DNA from: Candidatus Omnitrophica bacterium UBA6253 | Lineage (GTDB): Bacteria > Omnitrophota > Gorgyraeia > Gygaellales > Profunditerraquicolaceae | Direction: 5' to 3' | DNA length: 64,000 nt | NCBI GenBank assembly: GCA_002441245.1 | Contig: DJVP01000006.1 | Location: 7,449 to 71,448 of the forward strand | In this document: piece after piece, positions 58,976-64,000 of the stretch | Position numbering within the stretch: position 1 is the first letter of the stretch | Layout: each line of letters begins with the position of its first letter | Position numbers and translations under genes: made by a program | The notes under the pieces: generated by a model | Told to the model about the DNA's origin: nothing | The model's database searches: none | What the model saw: the letters and a program-made list of their open reading frames with translations, nothing else

Positions 58976-59314
58976 TTATTCTTCAGTCAACTTTACTAAA
59001 AATTCCCTGTCTTCTGTATTCATCTCAGAGAATTCCAATCCCACATCAAAAGAATTAATCCTGCCTAAACCGGGCCTTAACATTAAGGCCCAAACAACTT
59101 TGCCTTTACATTGGATATCCCGGCCATTAATACACATCTTAACCTCCAAAAAATCTCCTACGCTGATTAATCTTACTATTATAACCCTCAGGCCAGTTGC
59201 GCTGATATCTTTAACCGCCAGGGAAGTATAATTGTCCTGCCCGGCAAAACGAACCTTAATCTCACAAGGAAAATCTTTTCTTTTAGCCTTTCTTTTAATT
59301 TCTCCGCCACCCAT
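58976..59314 (-). CDS. Stand-alone PilZ-domain protein
   Basis: RKAKR (RxxxR) and DISATG (DxSxxG) motifs. Confidence 0.55.
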   Translation of the reverse strand: MGGGEIKRKAKRKDFPCEIKVRFAGQDNYTSLAVKDISATGLRVIIVRLISVGDFLEVKMCINGRDIQCKGKVVWALMLRPGLGRINSFDVGLEFSEMNTEDREFLVKLTEE

Positions 59315-59342
59315 CTACAGCCTCACTTAAATAATATTAATA

Positions 59343-59732
59343 TTATAAAGAGACCAGCCCCTTTAACTTCTGCGGGTCCCAGGGATAAAAAGTCAGGAAC
59401 TCCTCCTTAACCACATCAGGCAACACAGCGCTCTGGACGCCTTTTATGGCCATAGCGATAATCTTATTGCCTTTATTCCTATTCTTGCGCAACTGGCAAT
59501 CAACCCACCTGCTCTTATGCGAATTTTCGCCTATAAGGCAAACCGCGATGTTACATTTTACTATTTTCTCTCCTATTGCCCTTCTGACAGCTTCAGCTCC
59601 CTCTGCATCAAAATCCAAATCCAGGGGTCCTTCATAAAAATCCAGCTCATAATCCGGGTTGCGAAGCAAGGGCATTAACTTCTCAACTTTCCGGGCATCT
59701 TCGTACGCAAAACTTAAAAATACCCTTTTCAT
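59343..59732 (-). CDS. DUF1863 (MTH538-type) TIR-like domain protein
   Basis: MKRVFLSFAYEDARK... and ...IAVCLIGENSHKSRWVDCQL match the TIR-like flavodoxin-fold pattern. Gln sits where catalytic TIRs often have Glu. Confidence 0.5.
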   Translation of the reverse strand: MKRVFLSFAYEDARKVEKLMPLLRNPDYELDFYEGPLDLDFDAEGAEAVRRAIGEKIVKCNIAVCLIGENSHKSRWVDCQLRKNRNKGNKIIAMAIKGVQSAVLPDVVKEEFLTFYPWDPQKLKGLVSL

Positions 59733-59786
59733 AGTTACAAGTTATTATACCTCATTTTAAAAACGGAAATTATACAGGCAGGATTA

Positions 59787-59999
59787 CTAAACTCTTCCTT
59801 CGGCTTCAGCAAAACTAGTTTCAATATACCAGGGGCATTCCCAGCAATTCTTGAATTTACGCTCAACCATGGCAGCGCACCCAGAAAGAAGCCAACACCT
59901 TTTACCGTAGTTTTTTTGGTAGATGGTGCACTTTTCCCTGACAGCTTTTACACATGACCAAAACTGCCAGCAATATTGGGGTTCCCGTGGCTTAGACAT
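59787..59999 (-). CDS. Small cysteine-rich protein (70 aa, 7 Cys, three Cys-Trp pairs); ATG start with AAGGGGGG Shine-Dalgarno
   Basis: Cys spacing C-x5-C-x7-C-x10-C-x5-C-x10-C-x2-C. The TTG-extended ORF-track start is rejected. Confidence 0.45.
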   Translation of the reverse strand: MSKPREPQYCWQFWSCVKAVREKCTIYQKNYGKRCWLLSGCAAMVERKFKNCWECPWYIETSFAEAEGRV

Positions 60000-60018
60000 A
60001 TTCCCCCCTTTTGATAAA

Positions 60019-60048
60019 AGTATAACATATTTTTTTAGAGTTTGTAAA
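60019..60048 (-). promoter_or_regulatory. Sigma70-like promoter TTTACA-N18-TATACT for the Cys-rich/TIR-like/PilZ cassette
   Basis: Hexamers seen on the minus strand about 20 nt upstream of the SD. Confidence 0.4.
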
Positions 60049-60073
60049 GGGTCTTTTTTGCTATTTCTCAAGC

Positions 60074-60110
60074 AAAAAGGCCTTTCTCAAATCTGAAAAA
60101 GGCCTTTTTA
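60074..60110. terminator. Bidirectional terminator-like hairpin (GGCCTTT/AAAGGCC) with T/A runs on both sides
   Basis: Seen directly; separates the acidic secreted protein gene from the Cys-rich gene promoter. Confidence 0.45.
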
Positions 60111-60235
60111 TCGATATTAAAATATGGATTATTTCTGGTTTTCGATTGAGGCTGAATTCAACTCATCTCTAACCTGCCTGGCAGTAACTGTTGCCTGTAA
60201 CTTGCTGTCAGCACTTTGTTGCTGATGCTTAAAAT

Positions 60236-60478
60236 TTACTCCTTCATAGTTGTATCTGTTTCTTCTGCAGTACACTGCACCGCTGCTTCATCCTTAGATG
60301 CGTCAGTAGCAGCTGCTACATCGGTCATATCTTTTGATTCATCCGATCCGGCAACCACGGGCGAGGATTCTTCTGTTACCACTACGACCTCCTCATCAAC
60401 GGGCTTAGTCATTTCTTCAGCTAAGGCTAAAGTACCGGCAAAACAAAGAGCCAAGATCACAAACAATACCTTCTTCAT
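60236..60478 (-). CDS. Small secreted acidic protein (start at MKKVLF; GAGGGGG Shine-Dalgarno and TATAAT upstream)
   Basis: Signal peptide, then D/E/T/S-rich low-complexity sequence. Confidence 0.4.
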   Translation of the reverse strand: MKKVLFVILALCFAGTLALAEEMTKPVDEEVVVVTEESSPVVAGSDESKDMTDVAAATDASKDEAAVQCTAEETDTTMKE

Positions 60479-60605
60479 TCTATTCACCCCCTCTCATTAT
60501 AATAATTGCTTAAATAGAGAAAATACTAAAACAATAGACTAATAATAACAGGGTTTCTTCAATTGTCAATGCATAAACTAATCAGGCGGCATTGGATGCA
60601 AGATT

Positions 60606-60645
60606 AAAAGGCGCCTGAGAAAAACTCTTCCTCAGGCGCCCTAAA
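60606..60645 (-). terminator. Intrinsic terminator (10-bp perfect GC-rich stem GGCGCCTGAG/CTCAGGCGCC) after the 83-aa membrane protein gene
   Basis: Perfect stem, followed on the coding strand by TTTTAATCTT. Confidence 0.55.
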
Positions 60646-60666
60646 AACATAACTAACCCTGTTTTA

Positions 60667-60918
60667 CTATGCTTTCAAAAACTTATTATATAGCCACGCC
60701 AGTAATAAACCACCTATGCCGGCATCCACAAAACCCCAGATACCGCCAATGACGCTTCCGGCTATCGTTGGTGTATAACCCAAATAAACGCTCGCCATTA
60801 CCTCGCCCCAGGCATCACCCCAGGTAGAAACCGTATCGACCAACCCCATAACCAACATGCTGCCGCCCCACAGGACTCCGCAAGCCAAACCAAATGCCTT
60901 TACATTCAGTTTTCCCAT
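60667..60918 (-). CDS. Small Gly/Trp-rich hydrophobic membrane protein (83 aa)
   Basis: Two or three hydrophobic helices with GxxxG-like motifs. AAGGAGGG Shine-Dalgarno upstream. Confidence 0.45.
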   Translation of the reverse strand: MGKLNVKAFGLACGVLWGGSMLVMGLVDTVSTWGDAWGEVMASVYLGYTPTIAGSVIGGIWGFVDAGIGGLLLAWLYNKFLKA

Positions 60919-60936
60919 ACGCCCTCCTTTTTTGAT

Positions 60937-60965
60937 ATTATATACCCCTAAATCAAAATATCAAA
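60937..60965 (-). promoter_or_regulatory. Sigma70-like promoter TTGATA-N16-TATAAT for the 83-aa membrane protein gene
   Basis: Hexamers seen on the minus strand. Confidence 0.3.
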
Positions 60966-60985
60966 TCAAAACTTGCTTAACACAT

Positions 60986-61417
60986 TCATGCGGGTCTGCC
61001 GGATTTAGGCCTATTGATAAAATTCATAATCAGCTGCCAGCCAAATAATATAAACATAAGATAAATTGCAGCGCTGCGTAAATTCCTGATAAAAGAAACC
61101 ATCTTTTTGCTCTTCCGGACTTCCTCTTTCAAATATGCTTCAGGGTCTTTCAAGCCCTTAAGCCTGGCCGCAAAATCCTTAGCCAGGATTGACTCGCGCG
61201 GCAATTTATCGGTAACCGGTATATTATTAAGTTCCATCCTAAGTCCCTCTGAGCCGCCGATAGTGTAAGCAACCAGGAGTTTATCATAAAAATACGTATC
61301 TACCCCATAATGCAGCATCAATCTTACCGCAAAGAAATTTGCATAAAGCATGCAGCAGAAAAAAACCAGCATTACCACAAGCTTGATTACCCGTTTTCTA
61401 GAAAATTCCACGCGCAA
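60986..61417 (-). CDS. Hypothetical membrane protein (143 aa)
   Basis: N- and C-terminal TM helices. Confidence 0.4.
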   Translation of the reverse strand: MRVEFSRKRVIKLVVMLVFFCCMLYANFFAVRLMLHYGVDTYFYDKLLVAYTIGGSEGLRMELNNIPVTDKLPRESILAKDFAARLKGLKDPEAYLKEEVRKSKKMVSFIRNLRSAAIYLMFILFGWQLIMNFINRPKSGRPA

Positions 61418-61430
61418 CTTTCGCTTTCAT

Positions 61431-62123
61431 TTAATTAAACGATTTATCCAAGACTCTCTCAAAATGCTGATAATCTTTCAAAGATTTCCAGTTGCCTCCC
61501 CAGTCCCAGCCTAAGCTGATAAAAGTATTCACAATAGGGCAATTACGGGTAAGCGTCCCGGGCCGGGCCGGGTCATAAACCGCTCCATCCGGCAGCACAA
61601 TCTTACCTTTAATATAAGGATTCTGTACCGGATTAATATCAATGGCAAAACCATAGGCATGCATGGATAACGACTTGCCGCCAGTCACCTTCCTGTAATT
61701 AAACGCGGAGGTATTATTAGAAAGCATCGATTGGCCGTCAGCGTTCCATTCGCCTTCTTTATAGAACCGGTCGTGGGAGACCGGGATCACCGAATTAATT
61801 GGGAATTTTACCGTCAAAGCAACCCGGAATACCTCGCGGATATCGCTTACCAACCTTTCATTAATAACTACCTGGCCTTTATGAACCAGGCCGTCAAATG
61901 AATAATACAGCACATCTATAATCCTTTGCCTTTCTTTAAACTCGGGCGGGGCTGGTTTTCTCAAGGCCTCGGACAATGTAATATTGCTGTCAACAACAGG
62001 ATTCAGGATAGTGCCAAGCGCAAATTTTTCGCCCCTTACGGCAGGGCCTTTCTTCAAAGTGGCGCATCCTGATAAAGTCAAAATTAGAGTTAAACATAAT
62101 AAATATGGATATTTTTTCGCCAT
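61431..62123 (-). CDS. Lipoprotein M15-family (VanY/LAS-type) zinc D,D- or L,D-peptidase
   Basis: Lipobox LSGC; zinc-ligand motifs SMHAYGFAID and DYQHFE. Confidence 0.65.
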   Translation of the reverse strand: MAKKYPYLLCLTLILTLSGCATLKKGPAVRGEKFALGTILNPVVDSNITLSEALRKPAPPEFKERQRIIDVLYYSFDGLVHKGQVVINERLVSDIREVFRVALTVKFPINSVIPVSHDRFYKEGEWNADGQSMLSNNTSAFNYRKVTGGKSLSMHAYGFAIDINPVQNPYIKGKIVLPDGAVYDPARPGTLTRNCPIVNTFISLGWDWGGNWKSLKDYQHFERVLDKSFN

Positions 62124-62139
62124 TTCACAAAGTAAAATA

Positions 62140-62505
62140 TTAGGCCGAATAGATAATTAAAACTCCAAAGACAAAAACTAATAAACTAACCAAGCGGAAG
62201 AAGTAATCCGGACGATTACCAAACCGTTCAAGTATCGCATTAATCTTTTCCGCCCCCAGGATAAAAAGTATCAACCCGCCTAAAAGCGCAAGAATTCCCA
62301 GCGTAAACATTACCAGCGGCAGCCTGGCCTGAGACGTATAATATAAAAAAATAACCCCCAGGAAAACCCTTATTATCCCGCCTAAATAAATATTCTTGCC
62401 ATGCATCCAGAAAACCAGCATTTTTTTAGCAGTTTTCGGATTTAAAAATATCATAATCCCCGCAGAAGTTATAAGAATTCCGATAATTTGAATGAATATT
62501 TCCAT
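62140..62505 (-). CDS. Hypothetical 4-TM membrane protein (121 aa)
   Basis: Hydrophobicity pattern only. Confidence 0.4.
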   Translation of the reverse strand: MEIFIQIIGILITSAGIMIFLNPKTAKKMLVFWMHGKNIYLGGIIRVFLGVIFLYYTSQARLPLVMFTLGILALLGGLILFILGAEKINAILERFGNRPDYFFRLVSLLVFVFGVLIIYSA

Positions 62506-62517
62506 ATTTTCCTCCTT

Positions 62518-62805
62518 TTATTTATCCAATATACCAGAGGGCTGCCCAGGTAATGATATCTGGCCAGCCACTTTTTTAATCTTTAAGGACATAATATTCC
62601 AATTGTCAATGCTGTAAAAAGCATCAAGCATTTCAACCCAATAGATAGAATCACGGCCATTTGTTTTTGACAATTCACTGCAAACAGCCGCCTTCTCTTC
62701 TTTGGACGCAGCCTTCCATCCATAACCATTGTCATCAACAGTCAAAGCAAAACAGACACCTGTTAAGATTGACAAAAAAATAAACAAAAGAAAAATTTTC
62801 TTCAT
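62518..62805 (-). CDS. Small secreted hypothetical protein (95 aa)
   Basis: Signal peptide. Confidence 0.4.
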   Translation of the reverse strand: MKKIFLLFIFLSILTGVCFALTVDDNGYGWKAASKEEKAAVCSELSKTNGRDSIYWVEMLDAFYSIDNWNIMSLKIKKVAGQISLPGQPSGILDK

Positions 62806-62865
62806 TTATTAATAAACACAGCTTACTGAAATTGTTTTATACATACCCAGCCTATGTCCATATGG

Positions 62866-62880
62866 GTCTTTGTCAAAGAC
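62866..62880. promoter_or_regulatory. Perfect 15-bp palindrome GTCTTTG-T-CAAAGAC about 60 nt upstream of the 62518..62805 operon start; candidate operator overlapping a TTGACA-like -35
   Basis: Exact 7-1-7 inverted repeat seen directly. Confidence 0.4.
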
Positions 62881-63039
62881 GCCGCAACAACCCCCGCATC
62901 TCCTGCGAAAAGCCTAATATCTGGCCTGATCTTCTTCCTGTTTCCGTAAATACACTGCCTCATCATAAAGGTATTATAGCCTAATACCAAGCCATTTACG
63001 AGCTTTGAAATATTTGTTTCACTATTGCCTTAATCACAA

Positions 63040-63915
63040 TCAGTTAGATAAACTGTCTGCATTCCTATTAATCCGGTTAATAATATCATCTAATTGCCGG
63101 TTGAATTCATCCGGAGACTCGACCATCAGGAAGTGCCCCACGCCCGGCATTATTCTTAAATTATATGACTTAAGGTGCTTGCTGTTTATCTCCGGATAAT
63201 TCGTCCAGAGGTCTGAGCACAGGCACCACAACGGCACATGCACATCTGCTAAAAGCGGGATAACCGGAGTATCAAAATAATGTTCCATGGTATTAATTGC
63301 AATTTCCGGGTTAGACCGGGAAACATTCTTAACTACCAACTCAACCAGTTTGGGGTCTGCGTTCTTATTGAACATATCCCTCATAAAAGGCCCGGAGTTT
63401 TTAACAAAGTCCTCTTTGAGCGGGTCTATATATTTTACCCTGTCTTCCGGGGTAGCCACGTACTCAAAGTTCTCCAGGGTGTCAACGGCAATAAGCCCGA
63501 TTACCTTATCCTTAAGCAGCCGGTTTGCCTCCAATATTATTGTGCCTGACATGGAGTGGCCGATGAGGATAACCTTCTTGGCCCCTACCGCATTTACTAC
63601 CGCGGCGACATCCTCGCCATAGGCCTCCTGGGTATATTCCTTTCTCTGGCGGCCGGATGCGCCGTGGCCAGCCAGATCCAATACCACTACCTTATATTTC
63701 TTATCAAAATAGGGCACTTGCTTATACCAAACAGCGCGGCTGCCGCACCATCCATGCACGAAGACCAGTGTAGGCTCGCCTTTGCCGAATACGGAATAAA
63801 CGATCTTCGTTCCATCCTTTGAAATAGCGGTTTTATTGCTTAAATGCAGGATAATTAAGAATGCAACCGCTGTACAAACAAGCAAAAGCCCTAAGTTGCG
63901 AAATGTTTTTTTCAT
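63040..63915 (-). CDS. Secreted alpha/beta hydrolase
   Basis: Signal peptide, HGWCGS oxyanion region and GHSMSG nucleophile elbow. Confidence 0.8.
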   Translation of the reverse strand: MKKTFRNLGLLLVCTAVAFLIILHLSNKTAISKDGTKIVYSVFGKGEPTLVFVHGWCGSRAVWYKQVPYFDKKYKVVVLDLAGHGASGRQRKEYTQEAYGEDVAAVVNAVGAKKVILIGHSMSGTIILEANRLLKDKVIGLIAVDTLENFEYVATPEDRVKYIDPLKEDFVKNSGPFMRDMFNKNADPKLVELVVKNVSRSNPEIAINTMEHYFDTPVIPLLADVHVPLWCLCSDLWTNYPEINSKHLKSYNLRIMPGVGHFLMVESPDEFNRQLDDIINRINRNADSLSN

Positions 63916-64000
63916 ATGAAAAATAAGCCGTCCTTTCTGTTCCTTTTTTTAGAATTGGGATTATTCTTTAAACCTTACAGCCGCACTTCTTGCATTTCAA

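Noticed and set aside
42403-59732. Thoeris-like defence system (TIR-like protein plus SLOG/LOG protein)
   Set aside because: The LOG-family gene and the DUF1863 TIR-like gene are 16 kb apart in different operons. The LOG protein lacks SIR2/TM effector domains, and DUF1863 has Gln at the usual catalytic Glu position. This is not a ThsA/ThsB arrangement.
59787-60071. Extended 94-aa version of the Cys-rich ORF starting at a TTG codon
   Set aside because: The ATG at 59999 is preceded by a strong AAGGGGGG Shine-Dalgarno. The extended N-terminus would overlap the predicted promoter and has no conserved character.
63005-63199. 64-aa plus-strand ORF at the end of the alpha/beta hydrolase gene
   Set aside because: It overlaps the hydrolase coding region antisense, with no SD or motif.
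1-64000. CRISPR arrays, tRNA or rRNA genes
   Set aside because: No regularly spaced direct repeats, no GTTCRANYC T-loop-containing cloverleaf candidates in intergenic regions, and no rRNA-like conserved stretches were found by eye.

Overview
This 64 kb window is an AT-rich bacterial chromosomal segment with extreme strand bias: 76 of about 77 credible genes are on the minus strand, and only an MFS transporter (44220..45500) is on plus. The core is conserved housekeeping biosynthesis in long co-directional operons:
- excision repair and nearby genes: uvrA, then a nadX-panC-folK-dapL block;
- a complete lysine branch using the aminotransferase route (dapL, dapB, dapA, dapF, lysA);
- a complete arginine operon (argC-J-B-D-F-G-H);
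- rplM-rpsI, truA, asd, leuBDC;
- the canonical plsX-fabH-fabD-fabG-acpP-fabF lipid cluster preceded by rpmF/yceD/coaD/rsmD/recG;
- pgi and a class I-alpha DAHP synthase.

No rRNA, tRNA or CRISPR array is visible. Between the core blocks are accessory-looking regions:
- (i) the window start carries an excisionase-family HTH gene with its own promoter, a perfect 14-bp palindrome and 12-mer direct repeats, next to a wHTH/PilX-like gene pair;
- (ii) 39.4-44.1 kb is an operon mixing an Ntn (choloylglycine-type) hydrolase, a LOG-family protein, a SAM methyltransferase, a PF04020 holin-like membrane protein, an orphan sensor histidine kinase, a YgjP-like metallohydrolase and an S4 protein;
- (iii) 52-63 kb is a run of small, mostly unannotatable genes rich in cyclic-di-GMP parts (two stand-alone PilZ proteins, one HD-GYP phosphodiesterase), two tandem cold-shock genes, a YjeF_N/flavin-reductase/flavoprotein trio, and many tiny secreted or membrane proteins each with its own promoter-like and terminator-like signals.

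The strongest candidate for an undescribed module is a three-gene cassette at 58.9-60.05 kb: a 70-aa 7-cysteine protein, a DUF1863 (MTH538-type) TIR-like protein and a PilZ protein, bracketed by a sigma70-like promoter and an intrinsic terminator. Other notable items:
- a roughly 45-nt motif (core GTGCGGCGA...GACAGGC..TTAA) present in two inter-cistronic junctions of the arg operon (argG-argH and argF-argG), with a shorter related copy in the argB-argD junction;
- a candidate plus-strand small RNA in the 323-bp recG upstream region;
- an HtpX-like M48 protease fused to N-terminal zinc ribbons;
- a lysine-rich 83-aa protein built from two tandem about 40-aa repeats.

All calls come from reading the ORF translations and the raw sequence. 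No database search was run, so family assignments rest on recognised motifs and remembered family signatures.
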